64,000 bases of DNA from an uncultured Acidimicrobiales bacterium (lineage in GTDB: Bacteria > Actinomycetota > Acidimicrobiia > Acidimicrobiales > SHLQ01): contig CAZFBD010000002.1 of the NCBI GenBank assembly GCA_964517125.1, positions 48,402 through 112,401 of the forward strand, read 5' to 3'. Positions 17,489 through 26,723 of this stretch are shown here, piece after piece (within the stretch, counting starts at the first letter, position 1; each line of letters begins with the position of its first letter). Below the pieces are notes generated by a model. The model saw nothing but the letters and a program-made list of their open reading frames with translations, did no database searches and was not told the DNA's origin. A program made the translations under genes and the position numbers.

Positions 17489-20400
17489 GTGACCGGGAAC
17501 CGTCGCGATCTCTTTTGGGAGCATCGACGTGCGTTCGCAGCGATTCTTGCGACCGCGCTCGGTCTGTCGCTGCTGCTGTCGGGCTCGGTCAACGCCGCGC
17601 CCTCGGGACCAGCCGCATTCTGGTCGTTCGAGAACGGCACCGGCACCACGGTCAGTGACAGCTCGGCCAACGGCTTGGACGGCAGCCTCGTCGGTGGGGC
17701 CTGGACCGGTTCGGGAGCGATTGGCGGAGCGATCGACTTCACGGGTACCGCGCACGAGCGAATCACCGTGTCCGACCCAGCGAACGACCTGGACATCGGC
17801 CTCGATGAGGAACTCAGCCTGAGCGTGTGGTTCCAGAGCTCGGGCACACCTGCAGTATCCGATTTCTGGACACTGGCACGCCGACGCAACACCGGAGGGG
17901 CACCTGAGGGCTACGCGATGTTCCTGAGCGGCGGGGGTCCCCCGACGATCACCTTCGACCTCTGGTACGGCGCTTCCAGCAGTGGAATCACCATCGGTTC
18001 GCCAGACCTCACCGACGGTGGATGGCACCACGCCGTTGGCGTGATCGACGCTACGGGTATGGAGCTGTGGCTCGACGGGGTCCTGGTGGGATCCGCTCCG
18101 AAGACCTCATGGACGAGTTCGACCGCTGAGCCGTTCGTGATCGGGACCAACGCCGACGCAGACGATTCCATGTTCGACTTCGAGGGTTCCCTCGATGAGG
18201 TCGCCGTGTACTCCCGGGCATTGACTTCGGCCGAGATCGCCGATCTTTTCGACGACCGTGCAACGGCGCCACTCGTCGTGAACTCCACTGCCCTGGACGG
18301 CGATGCGTCGCCGGGCAACGGCAGCTGCGATACCGGCGGCACCAACTCGGAAGGCGCAACCGAGTGCACCCTGCGTGCGGCCATGGAAGAAGCCAACGCC
18401 GGATCACACAGCGAAATCGAGTTCTCCATTCCGACGAGCGACCCCGGCTACAACGGCACATGGTGGACGGTCAGCCCAACCATCGCCGGCGGCCTTCTCC
18501 CCTCGATCACCGGTATCACGCGAATCGATGCCACCACCCAACCCGGCTACACCTCCACACCACTCATCGCGCTCGACGGCGCCGACCGGGCACTGGAGGC
18601 CGGGATCGAAGATGGCCTGACCGCACAGACAGCCACGACCATCAGTGGCCTGTCGATTGCCAACTGGTCCGGGGATGGTGTTGTCGTCACAGCCGACGAT
18701 GTCACGCTGGACCGGTCGTGGATCGGCGTTCTTCCTGACAGCGCCGCCGCAGGAAACGACGCAACTGGCGTCGACGCCTTTGGTGGCGCCTCAAGGTTGA
18801 CCGTGTCAAACAGCGTGGTATCCGCAAGCTCGTTCAACGGCATACAAGCCGCTGGAGCAGATCTCGTCGTCGTCGGCAACCTCATCGGCGTCGGCCCAGA
18901 CGGTGTCACCCCGATGGGCAACGGGCGCAACGGCATTCGCCTGTACTCGAATGCCGTGGACGCAATCATCGGCAGGCCGGGCGAGGGCAACGTCATCGGC
19001 GACAACGGGGTTGTTGGTGTGGAGCTCGACGGCGACCCGGTCTCGGCGACCATCCAAAGCAACCACATCGGCACTGACGCCACCGCAACCGTCGACCTCG
19101 GCCACGGCGAGTCCGCCGTGCTCTTTCAAGAGACATCGGTCGACTCAACCGTCGGCTTTTCTGGCCTGGCTGCTGATCCGGCCGAGGCCAACGTCATGAT
19201 GTTCAACGGCGGACCCACGCCGTACGCCTCAGTGAACGTTCGCGACTCCGTGACCGGCATGGTCAGCATTCGCGGCAACTCAATCACCCGCAACGACGGC
19301 CTTGGCATCGACCTTGGCGAGGGCAGCGCTGTAAGCCCCAACGACGTGAACGATGCCGACGGTGGAGCGAACGACACCATCAACTTTCCCGTGATCACGG
19401 CAATCACACCGTCGACGCCCGGGATGCTCACCGTCGACTTCCTCTTCGATTCCGGAGTTGGCACCTACCACTACGACTTCTACTCGAGCCCCGCCGGACC
19501 AGATGCGAGCGGCTTCGGTGAGGGAGGCGTGTGGTTGGACGTCCTGGTGGCTGGAAAGTCCTCGACCGGAAGCGAAGCCTTCAGCCACGACATTCCCGGC
19601 AACGTCGGCGACGTCATCACCATGACGGCGACGCAGTCCAACGTCACGTTTCGAACGTCGGAGTTCAGCCAGTTTGGGGTGGCTGCGAGCACGACCGCCA
19701 CGGTCAACTCCACCGGTACCGCGTCGGATCAGACACCGGGCGATGGCCTCTGCAACACCGGTTCGGTGAACAGTGAAGGGCTGATGGAGTGCACGCTGTC
19801 TGCGGCTATCCAGGAAGCGAACGCAGCAGGTGCCGTGGACACGGTGGAATTCGACATTCCGACCAGCGACGGAGGCTACGACGGCATCAACGGCTGGTGG
19901 ACGATCAACGACAATCCCACCACCATCACCACGCCGCTCACGATCGACGGAACCACTCAAGCCGGGACGACGGTCAACACCGCTGCCGCACCCGCTCCGC
20001 TGAACAGCCAACCGACGATCCTCATCGACGGCACCGGGTTCTCTGGCGAGCTGCTCAACTTCGCGTCGGGCGCCGACAACTCCACTGTGATGGGGCTGGC
20101 CATCGGCGGAATCACAACCAATTCGGGTGATTCCGCCATCCAGTTCGGCGCTGTTTCCAACATGACCGTCGTTGGTAACCACATTGGGGTGATGCCCGAC
20201 GGGCTCACACCCATACCCAGTTCGGAAGGACTCGCCTTCTACCTCACGGCATCCAACGGTCAGGTGGGCGGCACCACCGCCGCCGATCGAAACCTGTTTG
20301 CCACCAACGACACCGACCTGGCCATGGGCTTCGACGCAGGTCTGATCGTGATTGAAGGAAACGAATTTGGCTACGACGTCAACGGTGACGTACTCAGCAC

Positions 20401-23400
20401 GTTCTCGACATCGGCGGCCATCGACCTTCGAAGCAACAATCAGGCCACCATCGGTGGAACCACCGTGGCACAGGGCAACCGAATCGCCGGAAGCACCGGG
20501 GGCGTCCTCGTCAGCGGCACGTCACGGGCGACCGTGCTCGGCAACGAAATGACGGGTCTCAATCGCCCCTCCATCGACCTGGGCGCCAACGATGGCACGC
20601 CGAATGATCCCGGCGACGGCGATACGGGACCCAACGATCTTCTGAACACGCCGGACAACGTTGCTGCCACGGAAGCAGCCGGCACGATCAGCGTCGATTT
20701 CGACCTCGATGTCCCCGCTGGCGACTATCGGGTGGAGTTCTTCACCAATCCCGGCCAGGCGCACCCAATGACCTTGCCGTGGACCGGGTCGTTCGCCTCC
20801 GCCGTCACGGTGACGCATCTCGGCGCCGGGTCCCAGGCGTTCTCGCACACGTTCGCCGGCACGGCCGGCTCGGTCGTCACCGCAACCGCAACCGAGGACC
20901 TTGGGGGCGGCTCCTACGGCGTCACGAGTGAACCTGGGGACTCCGCAATCGCCTTCGGGAGCACGGCCGTCGTGAACTCCAGTGGTGACAGCGCCGACTC
21001 CACCCCCGGCGACGGCCTCTGCGACACCGGCGCCCTCAACAGCGAAGGTGCCACGGAATGCACGCTGCGCGCTGCAATCGCCGAGGCGAACGCCAACGCA
21101 AGCCTGTCCGACATCACCTTCGACATTCCGACCTCGGACGCGGGCCACGACGCACCCAACAATCTGTGGACAATCAGCCCGACCACCGGGCTCGGCGCAC
21201 TCTCCAACGACATCACGATCGACGGAAGCACCCAGCCGGGCTGGGTCGATGACCCGGTCATCGTCCTCAGCGGCGACGTGGGCCCCGCCGGGCACACGGG
21301 CCTGACCATCACGGGCGACGGAGCGACCGTCCGATCGCTGTCGATCGTCTCATTCACCAACAACGGCATCGCCGTGTTGGGTGACGACACGCTCCTCGCG
21401 GCGAACTGGATCGGCGTGGATCCGACGGGAACGATCGGATCGAACGCAAACGGCGTCCTGCTCTCCGGGGCGAACGACACGATCATCGGCGGATCGACCG
21501 CTGACGCCAACGTGATCGCAGGCAACCGGTCGAACGGTGTGATGGCGCAGGCAGCGAGCGACGGCACCATCATCCGCGACAACAGCATCGGCACCGACAG
21601 CTCCGGCGCCATCGACCTCGGCAACGACGGCGACGGCGTCCTGGTGAACACGACCGGCACCACTCGACTACAGAACAATGACATCGCGTTCAATGACGGG
21701 GACGGACTGGCCACGGCGGCGGCCTCGACCGGCGACGTGTACATCGTCTTCAACACCTTCCGCTCGAATGGCGGACTCGGCATCGACCTCGACGACGACG
21801 GTGTGACCCCGAACGACGTCAACGACTCCGACACCGGCGTGAACGGTCTGTTGAACTTCCCGGTGATCACCGGCTTCAACGAGGTCGGGGCCAACACCGA
21901 AATCACGTACGAACTCGATGCGCCAGCGGGCGGCTACGTCGTCATCTTCGGCCGGAACCCGTCGGGCACCGACCCCTCCGGAAACGGCGAGTTCGAGGAC
22001 GGGTTCGGCAACGCCAACATCATCCATCCCGGTGGCGGAACCGTCTCATTCACCACAACGGGCTACAGCTCGCTGAATCCCGGCGATACGGTCACGGCGC
22101 ACGTGTACGGCCAGTCCGTGAACATCGGATCCGAGCTGAGCGCACCACTCGTGTACGCCCAGAAGGTGGGATTGGTGAACTCCACGAGCGACGTCGCCGA
22201 TCTGAGCCCCGGCGATGGGCTCTGTGACACCGGCGCACTGAACTCCGAAGGCGACCCCGAGTGCACACTTCGGGCCGCCATCGCCGAAGCCAACGCCAGC
22301 GCCGACATGACCACAATTGAGTTCGACATTCCCACAAGCGACGCTGGACATGACGCAATCAACGGCTGGTGGACCATCCAACAGCTCACCGACTTCCCCG
22401 ACATCACGGACTCCGTGACGATCGATGGCACGACCCAGGCCGGGTCAACGGTCAACACCACCGCCGCGGGCGCAACCATGGACAGTCGACTCCGGGTGAT
22501 GATCGACGGCTCAGCCACTGCCGGGCTCGAAGGCCTGCGGTTCGTGGCTGGCTCGGATGGATCGGCGCTTCGGGGTCTGTCCATCACCGGCCACACGAAG
22601 ACCGGCGGCTCCGGCGTGGAAATCGAGAGCTCGAACGTGGTCATCGCAGGAAACCACTTCGGTATGGCACCCGATGGCGTGACCATCGCGAACACCGATG
22701 AAGCGATCAGCATCTTCGGAAGTGCCAACGACATCAGCGTTGGTGGAACGGCTCCAGCCGACCGCAACATGTTCGGTGGTTCCAACGGTTGGACCATCGC
22801 CATCGGAGCCTCCGCCACCGACGTACGCGTTGAGGGCAACGATTTCGGCTACGACGCCACCGGGTCGACGCAAGCCAACACCTCGGCGGGCGGCGTGCGC
22901 CTGAGCAACAACTCACAAGCAACCGTGGGCGGCGTCGCTCCGGCACAGACGAACCGCTTCGTCGGTTACGCCACCGCCATCTCGGTCCGGGACAACGCCC
23001 AGGCGACGGCGCTCGGCAACTCCATTCTCACCGGGACCGGCGTTGGCATCGATCTGGTTGGCGACGGCGCCACCGCGAACGATCCCGGCGATGCGGACAG
23101 CGGCGTGAATGATCTGCTCAATCACCCGGACATCACCAACGTGACTCACGCTGCCGGTTCGGTCACCGTCACGTGGAACCTGGACGTTCCTGCTGGCGAT
23201 CACCGCATCGAGTGGTTCCGCAACCCAAGCGGAACAGAGTCCGGGGCCTTGCGACAGGGATTCTCGCTGGCCCACACCCAGACGGTCACCAGTACGGGAG
23301 TCGCCCAGACCGGCCTCACCACCACCTTCGTCGCCGATGTCGATGACGACATCTCGGCAACCACAACAATCGATACCGGTGGCGGCACGTTCACCGCGAC

Positions 23401-26400
23401 GTCGGAGTTCTCCGCAGCGATGGAAACCAACGCAGCTCCGACCGTCGTCGACCCGGCCGACCAGACCGACGCAGAGAACGACAGCATCTCGCTCACCATC
23501 GGCGCAACCGACCCCGACAGCGATGCGCTCGCATGGGTTGCCAGTGGACTTCCGCCCGGCCTCACAATCGGCGCAGGTTCGGGAGAGATCAGCGGAACGC
23601 TCACCTTCACCAGCAGCGGCGTCTACTCCGTGACAGCCACGGCAACCGACCCCGACGGGGAGTCGGACAGCACCACCTTCAACTGGACCGTGAACAACAC
23701 GAACCGTGTTCCCCTCGTCACCGATCCTGGGGATCAGAACGATGCCGAGAACGACATCATTTCACTCACGATCGCCGGCTCGGATCCCGACGGCACCCCC
23801 CTCACCTGGGGCGCGACGGGCCTGCCAAACGGCTTGTCGATCGCACCGGGAACCGGAGAGGTCAGCGGAACGCTCTCCTACACGAGTTCAGGCACGAGCC
23901 CCGTCACCGTGACCGCAACCGATGGAACCGACACCACACAGGTGCAGTTCGACTGGATCGTGGCCAACACGAACCGAGACCCCGTCGTCACCGACCCGCC
24001 CACGCAGACGAACGCTGAAGGCAACACTGTCAGCTTCACCGTTGGAGGCACCGATCCCGACGGGCAGTCCTTGTTCTGGACCGCCACCTCGCTCCCTCCA
24101 ACGCTCACGATCAACTCCGCCACCGGCGAAATCTCGGGGACACTGACCTTCACCTCGGCGGGCACATACTCGGTCACGGTCACCGCACGAGACCCCGAGA
24201 ACGCCACCGACAGCACCACCTTCACCTGGCAGGTCAACAACACGAACCTGGGCGTCACCGTGAACAGTCCCGGAGATCAGACCAACGCGGAGACCGATGT
24301 CGTCAGTCTGTTCATTAACGGCTCAGACGGGGACAACGACCCGCTGATCTGGACCGAGACCGGACTACCCGACGGACTCAGCATCGTTGCTGGCACGGGG
24401 GAGATCGCGGGCACGGTCAGCTACGACGCTGCTGGCGGCCACACCGTGACCGTGACGGCAACCGACCCCGGCGGAGCTTCGGACTCGACCACATTCAACT
24501 GGACGATCGACAACACGAACCGGGCACCCGTCGTGACCAACCCCGGGCCGCAGGCAGACGCGGAGAACGACACCATCTCCCGCTTCGTCGTGGCCAACGA
24601 CCCCGACGGAGACACGCTCACCTGGACAGCCACCGGCCTTCCGAACGGGCTCGTGATCGATTCGGCGACCGGCGAAGTGACCGGCGTGCCAACCTATGAG
24701 TCCGAGGGGACCCAAACCGTGTCGGTCACGGTCGCCGACGCGGAGTCCGGCACGATCGCATCGTTCGACTGGACCATCACCAACACGAATCGGGCTCCCA
24801 TCGTCGGCGGCCAACCCGACATCGTGTCAGCCGAAGATGACGTCATCCTGCTCACGAACTCGGCGTCCGACCCCGACGGTCAGACCGTCACCTGGGCTGC
24901 GAGTGGTCTGCCCGATGGCCTGACGATCGACGCCGCAAATGGTGATATCACGGGAACGATTTCCTTTGATGCTGCCGGGCCGCACACTGTGGTCGTCACA
25001 GCGACCGATCCCGAGGCAGCGAGCGCAGACACGACGTTCCAGTGGACGGTCGACAACACGAACCGCGCACCGATCGTCACCAATCCCCCAGACCAGACCA
25101 ACGCCGAAGGCAACGTCGTCAGCTTCAGCGTCGGCGGCACCGACCCCGACGGACAGACGATCGCCTGGTCCTCAACCGGACTCCCCACGGGGTTGACCAT
25201 CGATCCAGCCACGGGTCTCATCAGCGGAACCATTCCGTTCACCGCGGCAGGCACGTGGACTCCTTCGGTCACAGCGACAGACCTGGAAGCCGCGGCCACA
25301 TCGAGTTCGTTCATCTGGACCGTCACCAACACGAATCTCGGCGTCATCGTCAACAGTCCGGGTGATCAGCAGGACGCAGAGTTCGCCACCGTGTCGCTGT
25401 TCATCAACGGATCCGATGGAGACAACGAGCCGCTCACCTGGTCGGCCACCGGACTGCCCGACGGACTTTCGATCGACACCGCAACCGGAGAGATCTCGGG
25501 CACGTTGTCCGGGACGGCCGCCGGTGTTTCAACGGTGCAGGTGACTGCCTCCGAGCCCAGCGGGCTCTCCGACAGCACCACCTTCGAGTGGACCGTCGAT
25601 CAGGTGAACCAGGCGCCCACGCTCACGAACCCCGGCCCACAGTCGGGCACGGACGGCACGGCGACCAGCCTGAATCTGACAGCATCCGATCCCGATGGCG
25701 ATGCGCTCAGTTGGTCGGCGATCGCGCTACCTCCTGGCCTGACGATCAACGGGACGACCGGACGAATCTCCGGAACCCCGAACACAACCGGCAGCTTCAC
25801 CGTCCGAGTCACCGTCTCCGACGGGATCGACGAATCCACGCGAGCATTCGTGTGGACGATCACAGCGGCAGCGATCACGCCGCCAGCAACCACCACGACC
25901 ACCGCACAGCCGGCTCCCACGACGACCGCAGCGGTCGCACCGCAGACGACGGCTCCACCTGCCCCCACGACGACCCGTCCGACCCAGCCGACCAGCTTCC
26001 CGTCCACCACCGTCCCGATCGAGGTGCCCGACGGGCTGGCCTTCCGCCCGGTGGAGGCACGCGACGACACCATCGTCATTCGTAGCCAGGAACTCGAGAT
26101 CCTGGCAGTCCTGTCCAACGACTTCCTCAACCCGGGCACCCAGATCGTGGCTCTCGACCAGCCCGAAGCTGGCGAGGTTCGCCTGCTGAACGATGGGTCG
26201 ATCGTGTTCGACCCACCGCCCGGGTTCGCTGGCGAACTCACCTTCGGGTACACAATCGAGGACGAGTCAGGGACGACCTCCTCAGCCATCGTCCGCCTTG
26301 TCATCGCCGTTGCCCTTGAACAGACCGTCGGCTCCGCAACAGTCCCCGTCAGCGAAGGCCTTGACGACGTCGTGGGCGCATTCTTCACCCGCATCGGTTC

Positions 26401-26722
26401 ACTCATCGGCGGCGTGCTGTCGATCAAGCTCTCACGGCTCGACTCGAGCATGCTCTTCGTCGCCGCCATCGTGTTCCTGGTCCTCCGCGCCTTTGCGCTC
26501 CGGCGTCGGGAATCCCTGGTCCGGATCAACGGCGTGTCGAAGGGCGAGGGAATTCCCATTTCCGATGATGCCGGAGACGTCTTCACCTTCCGGCACGATG
26601 CAACGATGTGGATTCGTGGCCGGTCTGGTCGTCGCTCGAACGGCGACCGTCAAGTGAAGGTCGAATCGCCAAACGGCGACGGTTGGGTGGACGCCGACAC
26701 GATCACCGACACCGGCTACTGA
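17489..26722 (+). CDS. Giant (3,077 aa) secreted, C-terminally membrane-anchored repetitive surface protein. Its order is LamG, 4x CSLREA/beta-helix modules, 9x He_PIG/cadherin-like Ig repeats, PT linker, cadherin-like domain, TM helix, and an SH3-like tail.
   Basis: GTG start. The Sec signal peptide is RRAFAAILATALGLSLLLSGSVNA|AP. Domain calls come from motifs read in the translation and are detailed in the sub-features below. Confidence 0.9.
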   Translation: MTGNRRDLFWEHRRAFAAILATALGLSLLLSGSVNAAPSGPAAFWSFENGTGTTVSDSSANGLDGSLVGGAWTGSGAIGGAIDFTGTAHERITVSDPANDLDIGLDEELSLSVWFQSSGTPAVSDFWTLARRRNTGGAPEGYAMFLSGGGPPTITFDLWYGASSSGITIGSPDLTDGGWHHAVGVIDATGMELWLDGVLVGSAPKTSWTSSTAEPFVIGTNADADDSMFDFEGSLDEVAVYSRALTSAEIADLFDDRATAPLVVNSTALDGDASPGNGSCDTGGTNSEGATECTLRAAMEEANAGSHSEIEFSIPTSDPGYNGTWWTVSPTIAGGLLPSITGITRIDATTQPGYTSTPLIALDGADRALEAGIEDGLTAQTATTISGLSIANWSGDGVVVTADDVTLDRSWIGVLPDSAAAGNDATGVDAFGGASRLTVSNSVVSASSFNGIQAAGADLVVVGNLIGVGPDGVTPMGNGRNGIRLYSNAVDAIIGRPGEGNVIGDNGVVGVELDGDPVSATIQSNHIGTDATATVDLGHGESAVLFQETSVDSTVGFSGLAADPAEANVMMFNGGPTPYASVNVRDSVTGMVSIRGNSITRNDGLGIDLGEGSAVSPNDVNDADGGANDTINFPVITAITPSTPGMLTVDFLFDSGVGTYHYDFYSSPAGPDASGFGEGGVWLDVLVAGKSSTGSEAFSHDIPGNVGDVITMTATQSNVTFRTSEFSQFGVAASTTATVNSTGTASDQTPGDGLCNTGSVNSEGLMECTLSAAIQEANAAGAVDTVEFDIPTSDGGYDGINGWWTINDNPTTITTPLTIDGTTQAGTTVNTAAAPAPLNSQPTILIDGTGFSGELLNFASGADNSTVMGLAIGGITTNSGDSAIQFGAVSNMTVVGNHIGVMPDGLTPIPSSEGLAFYLTASNGQVGGTTAADRNLFATNDTDLAMGFDAGLIVIEGNEFGYDVNGDVLSTFSTSAAIDLRSNNQATIGGTTVAQGNRIAGSTGGVLVSGTSRATVLGNEMTGLNRPSIDLGANDGTPNDPGDGDTGPNDLLNTPDNVAATEAAGTISVDFDLDVPAGDYRVEFFTNPGQAHPMTLPWTGSFASAVTVTHLGAGSQAFSHTFAGTAGSVVTATATEDLGGGSYGVTSEPGDSAIAFGSTAVVNSSGDSADSTPGDGLCDTGALNSEGATECTLRAAIAEANANASLSDITFDIPTSDAGHDAPNNLWTISPTTGLGALSNDITIDGSTQPGWVDDPVIVLSGDVGPAGHTGLTITGDGATVRSLSIVSFTNNGIAVLGDDTLLAANWIGVDPTGTIGSNANGVLLSGANDTIIGGSTADANVIAGNRSNGVMAQAASDGTIIRDNSIGTDSSGAIDLGNDGDGVLVNTTGTTRLQNNDIAFNDGDGLATAAASTGDVYIVFNTFRSNGGLGIDLDDDGVTPNDVNDSDTGVNGLLNFPVITGFNEVGANTEITYELDAPAGGYVVIFGRNPSGTDPSGNGEFEDGFGNANIIHPGGGTVSFTTTGYSSLNPGDTVTAHVYGQSVNIGSELSAPLVYAQKVGLVNSTSDVADLSPGDGLCDTGALNSEGDPECTLRAAIAEANASADMTTIEFDIPTSDAGHDAINGWWTIQQLTDFPDITDSVTIDGTTQAGSTVNTTAAGATMDSRLRVMIDGSATAGLEGLRFVAGSDGSALRGLSITGHTKTGGSGVEIESSNVVIAGNHFGMAPDGVTIANTDEAISIFGSANDISVGGTAPADRNMFGGSNGWTIAIGASATDVRVEGNDFGYDATGSTQANTSAGGVRLSNNSQATVGGVAPAQTNRFVGYATAISVRDNAQATALGNSILTGTGVGIDLVGDGATANDPGDADSGVNDLLNHPDITNVTHAAGSVTVTWNLDVPAGDHRIEWFRNPSGTESGALRQGFSLAHTQTVTSTGVAQTGLTTTFVADVDDDISATTTIDTGGGTFTATSEFSAAMETNAAPTVVDPADQTDAENDSISLTIGATDPDSDALAWVASGLPPGLTIGAGSGEISGTLTFTSSGVYSVTATATDPDGESDSTTFNWTVNNTNRVPLVTDPGDQNDAENDIISLTIAGSDPDGTPLTWGATGLPNGLSIAPGTGEVSGTLSYTSSGTSPVTVTATDGTDTTQVQFDWIVANTNRDPVVTDPPTQTNAEGNTVSFTVGGTDPDGQSLFWTATSLPPTLTINSATGEISGTLTFTSAGTYSVTVTARDPENATDSTTFTWQVNNTNLGVTVNSPGDQTNAETDVVSLFINGSDGDNDPLIWTETGLPDGLSIVAGTGEIAGTVSYDAAGGHTVTVTATDPGGASDSTTFNWTIDNTNRAPVVTNPGPQADAENDTISRFVVANDPDGDTLTWTATGLPNGLVIDSATGEVTGVPTYESEGTQTVSVTVADAESGTIASFDWTITNTNRAPIVGGQPDIVSAEDDVILLTNSASDPDGQTVTWAASGLPDGLTIDAANGDITGTISFDAAGPHTVVVTATDPEAASADTTFQWTVDNTNRAPIVTNPPDQTNAEGNVVSFSVGGTDPDGQTIAWSSTGLPTGLTIDPATGLISGTIPFTAAGTWTPSVTATDLEAAATSSSFIWTVTNTNLGVIVNSPGDQQDAEFATVSLFINGSDGDNEPLTWSATGLPDGLSIDTATGEISGTLSGTAAGVSTVQVTASEPSGLSDSTTFEWTVDQVNQAPTLTNPGPQSGTDGTATSLNLTASDPDGDALSWSAIALPPGLTINGTTGRISGTPNTTGSFTVRVTVSDGIDESTRAFVWTITAAAITPPATTTTTAQPAPTTTAAVAPQTTAPPAPTTTRPTQPTSFPSTTVPIEVPDGLAFRPVEARDDTIVIRSQELEILAVLSNDFLNPGTQIVALDQPEAGEVRLLNDGSIVFDPPPGFAGELTFGYTIEDESGTTSSAIVRLVIAVALEQTVGSATVPVSEGLDDVVGAFFTRIGSLIGGVLSIKLSRLDSSMLFVAAIVFLVLRAFALRRRESLVRINGVSKGEGIPISDDAGDVFTFRHDATMWIRGRSGRRSNGDRQVKVESPNGDGWVDADTITDTGY
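17620..18270 (+). other. LamG / concanavalin-A-like lectin domain of the giant protein (approximate bounds)
   Basis: FWSFENGTGTTVSDSSANGLDGSLVGGAWTG...FDGSLDEVAVYSRALTSAEIADLF is the typical Laminin_G_3 signature (..LDEVRIYNRALSAAEI..). Confidence 0.7.
18275..23420 (+). repeat. Four tandem ~400-475-aa modules, each opening with a CSLREA-type motif followed by parallel beta-helix repeats (approximate bounds; module starts at ~18275, ~19700, ~20968 and ~22171)
   Basis: Each module begins VNS(T/S)..D..PGDG.C(D/N)TG..NSEG..ECTLRAAI.EANA...I.FDIPTSD.G. Each ends with GIDL..DG.T.ND..D.D.G.N.LLN.P..T followed by an Ig-like segment. Modules 2 and 4 resemble each other, as do modules 1 and 3, giving an ABAB pattern. 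Confidence 0.75.
23424..25865 (+). repeat. Nine tandem ~91-aa (273-nt) He_PIG / dystroglycan-type cadherin-like Ig repeats
   Basis: Repeat consensus: NTNRAP.VTNPGDQTNAE.D..SL.I.ASDPDGD.LTW.ATGLP.GL.ID..TGEISGT.....G...V.VTATDP...SDSTTF.WTV. Repeats 3 and 4 are most similar to repeats 7 and 8. For example, 24240-24390 and 25330-25480 look roughly 80% identical at the nucleotide level by eye. Confidence 0.8.
26450..26722 (+). other. C-terminal TM helix (MLFVAAIVFLVLRAFAL-RRRE) followed by a ~68-aa SH3-like tail predicted to be cytoplasmic
   Basis: A hydrophobic helix is followed by the positive cluster RRRES. The tail is VRINGVSKGEGIPISDDAGDVFTFRHDATMWIRGRS...VKVESPNGDGWVDADTI, which resembles bacterial SH3 (..GWV...). 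Confidence 0.5.
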
Positions 26723-26723
26723 T

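Noticed and set aside
18275-25865. Tandem repeats considered as a CRISPR array or non-coding VNTR
   Set aside because: The repeats are 273 nt to 1.4 kb long, in-frame, divergent in sequence and translate into recognisable protein domains. There is no repeat-spacer structure and there are no cas genes.
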